Both the position numbers and the translations under genes were made by a program. Shown here in pieces: positions 1 through 10,929 of a stretch of 64,000 nt of DNA; position 1 is the first letter of the stretch; each line of letters opens with the position of its first letter. The notes under the pieces were generated by a model. That model had not been told where the DNA came from. It ran no database searches and saw only the letters and a list, made by a program, of their open reading frames with translations. This stretch comes from Patescibacteria group bacterium. GTDB lineage: Bacteria; Patescibacteriota; Microgenomatia; UBA1400; PJMF01. The DNA lies in contig JAHJTF010000020.1 in the NCBI GenBank assembly GCA_018830045.1, positions 4,667-68,666 of the forward strand. The letters run 5' to 3'.

Positions 1-44
1 TTATTGCTAATCTATCTGAAATTGCCAAGCCCTTAACTCAGGCA

Positions 45-1316
45 ATGAGCCAAAGTAAAAGAGAGACAGAGATTTTTGAAGACCACGCCTACTGTGATCG
101 TTTTGTTTGGGCAGATGATGATCGACGTGTTTTGGTGACTCCGTTTCCGCTTGATCCTCAATTTTTCCAAGATGCTAATACCTTGCTTGATTTTAGACAT
201 GTCATCAATCTTTATCCACAGAAAATTAACGGCTCGATTTGTCATACAATTCTTAATGAAGATCGCCAGCTCCTGCAACAAATAATAAGTATTATTAAAG
301 ACAATCCTGGAATTAAAATTACTTCATATGCTGCTACCACAGAATTTTTAGAACTAGTGACTTACTTACAAAAACAAGGTCTATTAATTGTTACTCCGGA
401 AACTCCAACCAATGCTGATCAATGGGTGAGTAGTTTTGTGGATAGCAAAACAGGTTTTCGTCAAACCTGGGCACAGCTTAATGGTCAACTCCCACCTATG
501 CCAGAAGGAGCTATCTGCCGCCAACAAGAAGAACTGCTAGGTTGGTCTAAACATCTCTACCACCAACATCAGGGCATAGTTTTAAAAATTAATCGTGGCT
601 TAGCGGGTGAAGGAATAATTATTATTAATCAACCAAATTTGAATGATGATCAATTAGAAAAAATTATTAAAGAAAATAGTACTCAACTATATTGGTCTCA
701 AGACATGGTGGTGGTAGAAGAATATATTGCTCCTAATATTAGTGTTGCTGGTGGATTTCCTAGTATTGAGTTTCAAATTACTCAAGGGCAAACTAGCTAT
801 TTATATGTGTGTGGCATGAGAATCAATCCCCAAGGTGTTTTTATGGGTATGGAAATTGGTAAAGGCGCGATCGATGGTAGAATCGAAAAAACTTTGGTTA
901 AATACGGTCGAAAATTTGCCCGACATCTAGCCGAACTTGGATATCAGGGTTTCTTTGATATTGATTGGGTTTACAGCCAAGATCATGACTACTATCCTCT
1001 AGAGGCTAATTTACGCCGCACTGGGGGTACTCATGCTTACGAGCTTGCTACAAGGATTTTAGGAGATGACTTTGATGAAAAGTTTTATTTAATTTCCCAA
1101 AATAAAATCCAGGCACCTAAATTAAGTGGTTTAAGCTATCAGCAAGTAAAAAGTACGTTAAAGACGTTGTTATTTCCAATCAACAACAAGCAAGAAGGTG
1201 CCATTATCACCATGATGAACTATCTCACCAAAGGATGGTTTGGATATGTAATAATCGCCAACAAGAAACAGAGGGCTGAGGCAATAGAAAAAAACCTACT
1301 GGCAAACTTGCAGTAG
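45..1316 (+). CDS. Hypothetical protein with a possible ATP-grasp-like C-terminal half (GIVLKINRGLAGEG..., ...EANLRRTGGT)
   Basis: Long ORF in the six-frame track. Weak motif resemblance to the ATP-grasp fold only. Confidence 0.35.
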   Translation: MSQSKRETEIFEDHAYCDRFVWADDDRRVLVTPFPLDPQFFQDANTLLDFRHVINLYPQKINGSICHTILNEDRQLLQQIISIIKDNPGIKITSYAATTEFLELVTYLQKQGLLIVTPETPTNADQWVSSFVDSKTGFRQTWAQLNGQLPPMPEGAICRQQEELLGWSKHLYHQHQGIVLKINRGLAGEGIIIINQPNLNDDQLEKIIKENSTQLYWSQDMVVVEEYIAPNISVAGGFPSIEFQITQGQTSYLYVCGMRINPQGVFMGMEIGKGAIDGRIEKTLVKYGRKFARHLAELGYQGFFDIDWVYSQDHDYYPLEANLRRTGGTHAYELATRILGDDFDEKFYLISQNKIQAPKLSGLSYQQVKSTLKTLLFPINNKQEGAIITMMNYLTKGWFGYVIIANKKQRAEAIEKNLLANLQ

Positions 1317-1374
1317 ATTCTTTGAGTTACTCTATTGTGCCAGCAAATTTAGCTTTTCAACGAGATAACTTTAG

Positions 1375-1448
1375 TAGCAGGGGTGGGATTCGAACCCACG
1401 ACCTTCGGTTTATGAATCCGGTGCTCTAGCCAGCTGAGCTACCCTGCC
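1375..1448 (-). tRNA. tRNA with anticodon CAT (Met or Ile2/lysidine type); no encoded CCA
   Basis: The reverse complement reads GGCAGGGTAGCTCAGCTGGCTAGAGCA-CCGGA-TTCATAA-ACCGA-AGGTC-GTGGGTTCGAATCCCAC-CCCTGCT-A. The D-arm and T-arm (GTTCGAATC) are canonical, the acceptor stem is 7 bp with a G1-U72 wobble, and the anticodon loop is T-T-CAT-A-A. Confidence 0.6.
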
Positions 1449-1482
1449 GGGAGGCAGATATGCCTGCCTTGAAAGGCTATTA

Positions 1483-1516
1483 TAAACCAAAAGCGACCCC
1501 GATTGGAGTCGCTTTC
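1483..1516 (-). terminator. Rho-independent terminator downstream of groEL
   Basis: Inverted repeat aaagcgacccc/ggagtcgcttt. On the minus-strand transcript it is followed by a T-rich run (plus-strand aaaccaaaa). Confidence 0.5.
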
Positions 1517-1549
1517 TTAATTTACTTTCTAAAGCCCTTTTTCTTATCC

Positions 1550-3500
<1,951 letters not shown>

Positions 3501-3634
3501 AGAACTCCTTTGATTGTTAATAATATTTTTATTACTAATTGACCATTGGTCAACTGTGCTAGCAATCGTAACCATAGATTGCTAATTTGTCAATTGCGAA
3601 AATTGCGAAAATTGGGTTGCGAAAATTGTGGTAA

Positions 3635-4276
3635 TTATTGCGTTTTTTCTGATATGGGCTCAACGACTTCTTCTGGTTTGTCTTCTTGTTTAAACACTGT
3701 CTCGGCTTTACCACTTTTATCCAAAACCCGAACTTGCGAGAGTAAAAACCCCTCGCAATTGAGTCCTTTGTCTTGAAAATATTTATTCAGGTCTTCTTTA
3801 GCCAACCCTTCAATTTGATTACGGTCCTTTTTAATTTGATCTAAACTTAAGCTGCTAAAAACACTTGAAATCCGGCTACGAGAATAGGGTCGTACCACCT
3901 TAGAAACTAGATTTTCTCCCAGGTTTTCCCAAAGTTCGGGGGCATTATCGCGGTCAATCCTAAATAACACTGAGCCTTCAATTTGAATATCTTTGCCATC
4001 GCTGGTAGAAGTTCTAATTGGCTCATCGCCCAAAGCTTCTTTATTAACCGAAATATCAAAGCCCTTACTGATCGAGTACTCCAAAATTTGCGAATTAAAT
4101 AACTTAGCTACCTGCCAAAAAGGAATCTTGAGATGTAAGCCCGGACCCCACACCCGAGGTAAAACACCCCGGCCACGATCATATACGCAAGCCACATGTC
4201 CAGGCGGCACTGAAATAAAGAAGCCACCCACGACTTCATCAACCAAAAATGAAACAACAAGTTTATCAAAGTCCAT
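3635..4276 (-). CDS. SPFH/band-7 (prohibitin/HflC-like) domain protein
   Basis: 213 aa. The composition and motifs resemble the SPFH family. The call is by family resemblance only. Confidence 0.5.
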   Translation of the reverse strand: MDFDKLVVSFLVDEVVGGFFISVPPGHVACVYDRGRGVLPRVWGPGLHLKIPFWQVAKLFNSQILEYSISKGFDISVNKEALGDEPIRTSTSDGKDIQIEGSVLFRIDRDNAPELWENLGENLVSKVVRPYSRSRISSVFSSLSLDQIKKDRNQIEGLAKEDLNKYFQDKGLNCEGFLLSQVRVLDKSGKAETVFKQEDKPEEVVEPISEKTQ

Positions 4277-4361
4277 ATTTAAGTATTGTACAAGTATTTA
4301 TTAGTTTCTGCCAACTTAGAGAATTGAAAGCAGAGAGTTGAGAGTTGGGAGTTGAGAGTAT

Positions 4362-4721
4362 TTAACCCGCAAGACGCTGGCCTCCAGTCATCAATCCATT
4401 CAGAGTATTTACTAACTCTCTTAACTCGGTCACGCAAGTAATGGTTTCTTGGAGTGCATCCTGATCTAATGACACTTCATCTAAGACATTAAACATATCG
4501 TGAGTTAGGCTATCCATAAACCTATGAAGAAATTTTTGGTTATCTTTTACCCACGCTCGTTGTTGATTTTTTGGCAATAAAGTCACATTCTGGAGTGAAT
4601 CTGTGATTTGTTTAATTTCTCGAGTCATTAAAAACAAATCAAACTTAAAGACCTCGTTATCATCTTCATAGCTATCAGAGAAAGAAAGATTAAAATTAAA
4701 ATCAGGAATTGTATCTGTCAT
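4362..4721 (-). CDS. Hypothetical protein
   Basis: 119-aa ORF, divergent from the tsaC-tsaE gene. No recognisable motifs. Confidence 0.3.
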   Translation of the reverse strand: MTDTIPDFNFNLSFSDSYEDDNEVFKFDLFLMTREIKQITDSLQNVTLLPKNQQRAWVKDNQKFLHRFMDSLTHDMFNVLDEVSLDQDALQETITCVTELRELVNTLNGLMTGGQRLAG

Positions 4722-4786
4722 ATCGTGAGTGGACTAATTATACAGCCCTGAGCAATTTTGCACAGCCAGGATATAATACTCTCCAA

Positions 4787-5878
4787 ATGAAAACTCTAGA
4801 TAAAATGAAAATTTTAGATATTGTCAAAACTCCAGAGAAAGAAGTAATTAATACTACAGTTAAGGTATTGGGTGCTGGTGGTCTAGTGATCTTTCCTACA
4901 GAAACTGTTTATGGCGCCGGGGTAGATGCGACTAATCAAACAGCGGTGGATAAGCTTCTAGCTTATAAATCCCGGCGTGAGGGCAAACCACTCTCAATCG
5001 CCGTACCAGATCAACAAACCGCGGCTAAATTTGTACAAATTAATGACCAGGCCAACAAACTCTTTCAACGCTTTCTTCCTGGCCCAGTCACTGTGGTTTC
5101 AAAAGGCTTAAATAAAGTCGCCAAAGGCGTAGAGTCTGAATTTGGTACTTTAGGGGTGAGAATTCCCGATCACGCCCTGGTGATCAAAATTTTAATCGCT
5201 TTTGGAAAACCAATTACTGCCACTTCTGCTAATGCCTCTGGCAAGAAACGCCCTTACTGCGTGGCCGACATTTTTGGCAGTCTTTCACACAAACAGCAAC
5301 GCCTGATTGATCTGGTACTGGATGCAGGCCAGTTGCCTCCCAACGAGCCCTCCGCAGTCATTGATACGACTTTCTCTACACCTACGACTCTGCGGGCGGG
5401 GAAAATTAAGACAGCTGGTAAAAAACCTCTCATTTCTCACTCTGAAGATGAAACTAAAAAAATTGCCGGTACCTTAATGCTTAAACACTGGGATCAGATC
5501 AAAGAATCAGGTTTAATCATCGGACTAAATGGTCCACTAGGAGCCGGAAAAACTATTTTTACTAAGGGCGTGGGTGATTTTTTGCGCATTGCAGACACCA
5601 TCACTTCTCCGACTTACTCTTATATTGCAGAGTATGATTATCAGCGCCATGGAGTGAAGGGTAAGCTCTATCACCTTGACCTATGGAAAATTGACACCAA
5701 AGAAGAACTGGAGAGATTAGAAATAGAAAAGTTAATTGCACCTCACAATGTTGTTGCGATCGAATGGTGGGAACAAAATCAGGAGTATTTTAAAAAAATA
5801 ATCAAGAAAAAAGCGGCTACTTTACTCACAATTTTACTTGAAGAAAAAAGCGATCAATCAAGAAAAATTATGATTTAA
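4787..5878 (+). CDS. Fused L-threonylcarbamoyladenylate synthase (TsaC/Sua5, YrdC domain) and TsaE (YjeE P-loop ATPase)
   Basis: The N-terminal half carries YrdC motifs (GGLVIFPTETVYGAGVDATN). The C-terminal half carries TsaE motifs (GLNGPLGAGKTIFTKGV, SPTYSYIAEY, LYHLDLWKI). The start was chosen at MKTLDKM and could lie up to 26 codons upstream. Confidence 0.6.
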   Translation: MKTLDKMKILDIVKTPEKEVINTTVKVLGAGGLVIFPTETVYGAGVDATNQTAVDKLLAYKSRREGKPLSIAVPDQQTAAKFVQINDQANKLFQRFLPGPVTVVSKGLNKVAKGVESEFGTLGVRIPDHALVIKILIAFGKPITATSANASGKKRPYCVADIFGSLSHKQQRLIDLVLDAGQLPPNEPSAVIDTTFSTPTTLRAGKIKTAGKKPLISHSEDETKKIAGTLMLKHWDQIKESGLIIGLNGPLGAGKTIFTKGVGDFLRIADTITSPTYSYIAEYDYQRHGVKGKLYHLDLWKIDTKEELERLEIEKLIAPHNVVAIEWWEQNQEYFKKIIKKKAATLLTILLEEKSDQSRKIMI

Positions 5879-6468
5879 AAATAATTCTTAACTAAAATAT
5901 GGGTGTTTTGGACAAAGTATGCTTTTACCTTCTTCCACTGGTTATCTATAATCTCCACTCTCTCTGATAACTCTTCTGCATCAGTAAAATATACTAAGGA
6001 CTTAAATATATGAGGCAAATAACTTTCATCCCGCCCATATTTTTTTTGATTTAACTTCAATAACTTTTCCAAATCATAGTCATCTAACTGACAGATGGTG
6101 TAAAGATCAAAAAAATCTCTCTTAAAACCCCTACTTAAAATAGCCTCTAGCTTCATAGCTCCAATATCTGCCACTGAGGCAATTGGTAAACCCTGAAACT
6201 TAATTGGTTTTTCTAGCAACGGATATTGATAATAAAACAAACTTAACTCAGTATTTTGAGAAATACCATAAATTGTCTGCCAAGAAGTAGAAGTAAGTTG
6301 AAAATCAGGAATTTTTTGCTCCAAGAGCTGAAGGTAGAGCTGAGCCTCAAACTCCTGAGGTGAATAAAGATCAAGATCAAAAGACCGCCGATGATTAAGA
6401 TGCAAAGCCAATGCCGTACCGCCAGCCAAATAAGTATTTGGAGGCAAAAGTGGCACTAATAAGCCCAT
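5875..6468 (-). CDS. AbiEii/AbiGii-family nucleotidyltransferase toxin (type IV TA)
   Basis: Contains GGTALALHLNHRRSFDLDLY, characteristic of the DUF1814/AbiEii family. The start was placed at the internal Met (MGLL...) to limit overlap with the upstream ORF. The six-frame ORF extends to 6546. Confidence 0.55.
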   Translation of the reverse strand: MGLLVPLLPPNTYLAGGTALALHLNHRRSFDLDLYSPQEFEAQLYLQLLEQKIPDFQLTSTSWQTIYGISQNTELSLFYYQYPLLEKPIKFQGLPIASVADIGAMKLEAILSRGFKRDFFDLYTICQLDDYDLEKLLKLNQKKYGRDESYLPHIFKSLVYFTDAEELSERVEIIDNQWKKVKAYFVQNTHILVKNYF

Positions 6469-6764
6469 GAGCTCTTGGGTGTGCGCTGAGATTTGAGCTG
6501 TAAACATCTCACTTCCTTTCTGGAAATATGAAAATATCCAGTCCAAAAATTGACATCTTTTTCCTTTAGTTGTGCGGAAGTTTTAACTACTTCAATAATA
6601 TCTTGCTGTTGATACACTTCTAGCATCCACCGCCAAGCATCTAAAGTAGCATTCTTTAAAAAACTACTAATAATATATTTTTTATCCCGCCCCGCATCTA
6701 GATTTTTAACTTCAGAACTTGGGAGAAGAGGTTGAAATTTTTGAGGCACTGATAGCACCAGCAT
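6456..6764 (-). CDS. Putative cognate antitoxin (AbiEi-like?) or hypothetical protein
   Basis: 102-aa ORF immediately upstream of, and overlapping, the AbiEii gene. It is shorter than typical AbiEi proteins. The call is by position only. Confidence 0.3.
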   Translation of the reverse strand: MLVLSVPQKFQPLLPSSEVKNLDAGRDKKYIISSFLKNATLDAWRWMLEVYQQQDIIEVVKTSAQLKEKDVNFWTGYFHISRKEVRCLQLKSQRTPKSSWAY

Positions 6765-6873
6765 ATTATACTAAAAACACCATACATTGGTTGGTACAGA
6801 TTAAAAATGGCCAAACCCTAACCCTAATAGTTATTGAATGGGCGAGGGTGAAAGGCGGAGAAATTTTCCATAA

Positions 6874-7749
6874 TTATTTAAGATTAGCTTGATAAATGTC
6901 GAATGTTTCTTGATTAATTCTACCGTTGTCTAGCATTTTTTGGATAGTAGTTTGAATGTTTGGATATTCATGAGGTAGTTGCTGAATGATTCTAAATAGA
7001 TTGGTTCTTTTTTGGTGAAAATCCACATGGACTTTTGGCTGATCATTGGCTGCAATAGGGATAAAACCAGTCAAACTAAACCCCGGAATTTGAGTAGACT
7101 CAGCAACTAGATAAGCATTCCCCTGGAGAACATGAAAAGTATCTGACTGCAAAACGGTATAGGAAGTAAATTCTTCCATAGTACCAAAGGAGATTTTAGC
7201 GCCAGTTAAACGATGGTGTTGACTGATTAAGCTAGCCATGTCTCTAGGAGAGAGATGCTGGTCTTCTCGGTGAAGATCAGGGTTTAGGTAAAGAATTAAA
7301 GGGATGTTTCCAGTGGCATCTAGGACAGCTTGGATTTTTTTCTGAGGTGGTTGTGATCCACCAAAACAAGGAACCAATACTAAAGCTTGAGCACCTGATT
7401 CCTCAGCAAACTTAGCTAACTCAATAGTATTTTTGAGAGTATCAGAGGAAATTCCGACTAAGAGGTTAAGTTCTGCTGGGGCTGTTTCAGTTGCAGTTTG
7501 AATGACTTGTTTTTTTTGGTCTTGTGACAAGAATAAAAAACCACCGGCGTTACCAAGAAGAAAGACTGATCTGATACCGTTTTGAAATTGAAAGCCAAGA
7601 TTAATAGTTAATTGTTGGGTGTCGATTCCAAAAGACTCTGGTTCACCAATGAGAGGAGTAACCATTGGAGTGATTGGACCGTTGGGAATGTAACCAATGG
7701 TTTCTTTTTTTCTTCCTACTTCTACTACGGGCTGTTCTTTGAATGTCAT
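6874..7749 (-). CDS. Dihydrodipicolinate synthase / N-acetylneuraminate lyase family (class I aldolase) protein, divergent
   Basis: The N-terminal GPITPMVTPL, LLGNAGGF and LVLVPCF resemble the DapA-family fold. The start was chosen at MTFKEQ because the upstream extension of the ORF overlaps an IS fragment. Confidence 0.45.
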   Translation of the reverse strand: MTFKEQPVVEVGRKKETIGYIPNGPITPMVTPLIGEPESFGIDTQQLTINLGFQFQNGIRSVFLLGNAGGFLFLSQDQKKQVIQTATETAPAELNLLVGISSDTLKNTIELAKFAEESGAQALVLVPCFGGSQPPQKKIQAVLDATGNIPLILYLNPDLHREDQHLSPRDMASLISQHHRLTGAKISFGTMEEFTSYTVLQSDTFHVLQGNAYLVAESTQIPGFSLTGFIPIAANDQPKVHVDFHQKRTNLFRIIQQLPHEYPNIQTTIQKMLDNGRINQETFDIYQANLK

Positions 7750-7782
7750 ATCTTTCGGAGTGGGAATGAATTTGATTGCATA

Positions 7783-8507
7783 CCTAAAATGTACATTGGT
7801 AAACAATCTAGATCAAGAAGCGGTCAGTGTCATCGAAGAATAGCAATCGAGCTTAGTCTTGGCAAAAAGCGAGTTAGAAGATGCATGCAGTTGTTTGGCA
7901 TTAAGCCATACAAAAGAAAATCTAGATGGAGAAAAAGACGAGACGAAAGAAAAGCTCCAGCACCGTTTGCAAATCAGATTAAGAACCAATGTCCAATACA
8001 GCCAAATATAACTTGGATTGGCGATTTCACGTACTTGCCATTCAAGGGTAAATCCTCTACTTAGCCACCTTCATGGATTTATTTACCAGAGAGATTGTTG
8101 GTTGGCAGATTTCCAGCAAACACGACAAAAACTTAGTGATAAAAGCCTTTTTAGATGGTGTAATGAACAGAGATTTACAGAAACCAACTTACATTCACAC
8201 CGATCAAGGCTCTGAATACACCAGCCAAGATTACACCAAACTAGTACAGGATTTTGGTGTGACTATTTTGATGAGCACCAAATCTTCGCCTTGGGAAAAT
8301 GGATTTCAAGAATCGTTTTACAACAACTTCAAAACTGACTTGGGATTAGAATTTGACCGCTTCGAAAACGAGGATCATTTCCTAGGAGAAATTCACTACA
8401 CACTTCACAATTATAATCACAACAGAATCCACTCAGCACTCAAAATGCCGCCTGCAAAATTCCACGCCAACTATTTAGAAACTGTGTGCAAAAAAAGGGG
8501 TGCTTGA
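7783..8507 (+). pseudogene. Decayed IS3-family transposase (orfB fragments, frameshifted and N-terminally truncated; no orfA)
   Basis: Two ORFs in different frames (7612..8064 C-terminal part and 8073..8507) together align to the intact orfB at 10021..10818 (…NITWIGDFTYLPFKGK… / …HTDQGSEYTS…SPWENGFQESF…RIHSALKMPP…). The rve integrase core signature is present. Confidence 0.6.
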
Positions 8508-8520
8508 CATATTTTATTGA

Positions 8521-9123
8521 TTATCCGACTGTAAACATCATATCTATCACATTCATGCCACCCTTATCCTTGAAGTTGCCTAATTGCTTGAAGCCATTTT
8601 TCTCATAATATTTTATCGCTCTCTGATTATCAGCAAAAACTCCACCCCACAGTATTATTCGTCGTCGTCCAAATTGACGAGCAACGCTAACTACGTGAGG
8701 AAAAAGCGTACTTCCCACACCATGATTCTGGTAGTGGTCTGAGAGGCAAGGGCCAATTCTACAATCAGTTGATGAGGCTGATTTGATACCGTAGCTAGAA
8801 AAACGATCGATATCGTTCTGCGGAATATCGAAATCGAACTCGAAGAGAGCGATGATATTGTTTATTGTTCCAGAATGAACAACAAAACGCAACTTATCAT
8901 AACGATTGATTGAGCCACACATCTCTTTTGCTGACGAAACATCGTAGCCACCAAGGCTGTAAAACTCTCTTGTTGCAAAAGATAAGTTACCTAGAAAAAT
9001 GGCGAGACTAGAACAATCGCTAGCAGTAAGCGGACGGAACACAACCTTCTCTCCTGAAGATAGAAGTGATTCAAAAGTTAGAAGTTTGGGATCGGCAAAT
9101 ACCTGAGAAAGAGTAAGAGGCAT
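8521..9123 (-). CDS. GNAT-family N-acetyltransferase
   Basis: 200 aa with the acetyl-CoA-binding motif region (QNHGVGSTLF…NQRAIKYYEKNGF). Confidence 0.7.
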   Translation of the reverse strand: MPLTLSQVFADPKLLTFESLLSSGEKVVFRPLTASDCSSLAIFLGNLSFATREFYSLGGYDVSSAKEMCGSINRYDKLRFVVHSGTINNIIALFEFDFDIPQNDIDRFSSYGIKSASSTDCRIGPCLSDHYQNHGVGSTLFPHVVSVARQFGRRRIILWGGVFADNQRAIKYYEKNGFKQLGNFKDKGGMNVIDMMFTVG

Positions 9124-9150
9124 AATTTAATAATAACTCAATATATCATT

Positions 9151-9175
9151 TAACGTTGCGTGTATCTGATGTTGC
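9151..9175. repeat. Solo left arm of the structured IR-element family (TTAACGTTGCGTGTATCTGATGTTG)
   Basis: Matches the left terminus of the elements at 9226 and 12346. No matching right arm follows. Confidence 0.5.
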
Positions 9176-9225
9176 CGCGAGATATAATGATTGTACATCC
9201 TTAAAGAGTGAAGGATAATTTCGCC

Positions 9226-9340
9226 TAACGTTGCCTGTATATCTGATGTTGGGTACGGGGATAATTTTAGCATGGACGTGCTAGTCTCCGTACCCAATAT
9301 GGGTCGAGCGACAGCCGGAGCGAGCCAGATATACAGTAGT
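9226..9340. repeat. Structured inverted-repeat element (copy B), MITE-like or attC-like
   Basis: The outer IR ctgtatatctg (9235-9245) is the exact reverse complement of cagatatacag (9327-9337). An inner stem gggtacgggg/ccgtaccc is also present. The left terminus GCCTAAC fits the attC inverse-core consensus RYYYAAC. Confidence 0.55.
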
Positions 9341-9372
9341 TGTACGAGGGTGAGCGAGAAAAATAAAATGGA

Positions 9373-9660
9373 TTACTCGGATTTTTCGAGCGAAAGCGTA
9401 GCGTCCCCTTGAGTTGATTCATCCATTACAGGGATTGGTTCAGCAAGCCGTTCTACTAATATGCCAAGAAGTTGTTTTTGCAAATCGGGAGATTGCGCGG
9501 TACCGTGGATAAGCCACGAGACAAAATCATGGGCTTCGAGAGGATCCTGCCTAAGATAGGCAACACCAGAGTCGTAATCTCCATCAAAAAGAACCTTCTT
9601 GGCGGCCTCAATTGTGGCTGGGTTGGGTTGTGCTGTTTCAGTCGGTTTCGGTATGTCCAT
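9373..9660 (-). CDS. Hypothetical protein
   Basis: 95-aa ORF between the IR elements and the intact IS3 copy. No recognisable motifs. Confidence 0.3.
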   Translation of the reverse strand: MDIPKPTETAQPNPATIEAAKKVLFDGDYDSGVAYLRQDPLEAHDFVSWLIHGTAQSPDLQKQLLGILVERLAEPIPVMDESTQGDATLSLEKSE

Positions 9661-9725
9661 AGAGTTATTGTAATTGACCCGCCCCCTTTAAACTAAGACA
9701 AGTTTCTAAGTTAAAATAACGACAC

Positions 9726-9992
9726 TTGAAAAGGGGTGGGATTATGTTTTCAAAAATCCCGAAAGAGAAAAAGGAAGAGATCTTAGCCAAAGTTAAGGCT
9801 GGAGAAAAAGTGGCGACTCTGGCCTCCCAGTATGGGATCAGTGACAGAACTATCTACTTTTGGCTTCGCTTAGATACCAAGGAAGAGGTAATATCTATCC
9901 TCAAGTACAACAAACTCAAGAGGGAGTGCGAAGAGCTAAAACGCTTAGTCGGAGAACTCACTCTTAACATGAGTTTGGGGAAAAAAAGTTGA
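9726..9992 (+). CDS. IS3-family transposase OrfA (HTH)
   Basis: 88 aa (…ATLASQYGISDRTIYFWLR…) with a coiled-coil tail. It lies immediately upstream of orfB. Confidence 0.65.
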   Translation: MKRGGIMFSKIPKEKKEEILAKVKAGEKVATLASQYGISDRTIYFWLRLDTKEEVISILKYNKLKRECEELKRLVGELTLNMSLGKKS

Positions 9993-10020
9993 GCTAGTCA
10001 AACATGCTAAGATCAAAACT

Positions 10021-10818
10021 GTGGTGGCTACTGCTGTTGGAATCTCTCGCAAGGACATCTATCGCCAGCCTAAGCTGCCAGAGAAAGATAGAGTCTTAGT
10101 TGAGGCTATCAAGGAGGCCTTTACTCTCCACCCTGCATATGGCCAATACAAGATAGCACTCCATCTGAAGGTGAACCATAAACGAGCTGAACGAGTGATG
10201 AAAGAGAATGGTCTCAAAGCTCCCAGGAGGAAAACCAAGTACTTCTGTACCGTCTCAACCTATCACCACACCTATACCAACCTCATCAAAGAGATCCTAG
10301 AAAGTGAGTTTGTTCCACACCTGATTTGGGTTTGCGATGTCTCGTATTTCAAATTCAAAGGAGAGATGTGGTACCTAGCAAGCATTGAGGACTTGGCCAC
10401 CAGGCAGATCCTCTCCTCCCAAATCGGCAAACACCATGATGCTAATCTAATCATCTCAACCATCAAACAAGCTATCCAATTGACTGATTATCTTCCCAAA
10501 TACTTCCATACCGATCAAGGCAAGGAGTTTATGGCCAAAGTGGTGACTGATTATCTGGAGTTGCAGGGAGTGAAAGTCTCCGTCTCGGCCAAAGCCTCTC
10601 CTTGGCAGAACGGCTACAAGGAAAGTTTCTTTGGACACTTCAAAGATGAGTTTGGCGAGATTAACCGATTTGATTCTGTGGGACTACTAATAGAGGAGAT
10701 CTATTCCCAAATCCACTACTACAATTTTGATCGTATCCACCGCTCGCTCAAAATGTCACCGGTACAATTTGCCACCCTTCATTTCCCAGAATATTGTCTT
10801 CACAAACGGGGGGCTTGA
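10021..10818 (+). CDS. IS3-family transposase OrfB (integrase core domain)
   Basis: 265 aa (…HLIWVCDVSYFKFKG…HTDQGKEF…SPWQNGYKESF…RIHRSLKMSP…), the rve DDE signature. The frame may extend upstream to allow a programmed frameshift fusion with orfA. Confidence 0.8.
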   Translation: MVATAVGISRKDIYRQPKLPEKDRVLVEAIKEAFTLHPAYGQYKIALHLKVNHKRAERVMKENGLKAPRRKTKYFCTVSTYHHTYTNLIKEILESEFVPHLIWVCDVSYFKFKGEMWYLASIEDLATRQILSSQIGKHHDANLIISTIKQAIQLTDYLPKYFHTDQGKEFMAKVVTDYLELQGVKVSVSAKASPWQNGYKESFFGHFKDEFGEINRFDSVGLLIEEIYSQIHYYNFDRIHRSLKMSPVQFATLHFPEYCLHKRGA

Positions 10819-10929
10819 CAGTTCATTGCCAAATATGTGACTTAGCCATACAGAATTAGCCATACATCTTGATATTTCTTCTTTGCCAGATATACTACGG
10901 ATATTAAAATATTTTAGAAAATATTATCA

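Larger units (their letters stand above)
9700..10830 (+). mobile_element. IS3-family insertion sequence (orfA + orfB); ends approximate
   Basis: Contains an orfA with an HTH motif and an orfB with the rve DDE domain in the classic IS3 arrangement. The right-end sequence ggggggcttgaca resembles the right end of the decayed copy (ggggtgcttgaca at ~8495). Terminal inverted repeats were not resolved precisely. Confidence 0.65.

Noticed and set aside
7612-8064. 150-aa ORF taken at face value as a gene
   Set aside because: Its N-terminal part is antisense overlap with the DapA-like gene. Only the C-terminal ~90 aa match an IS3 transposase, so it is treated as part of a decayed IS.
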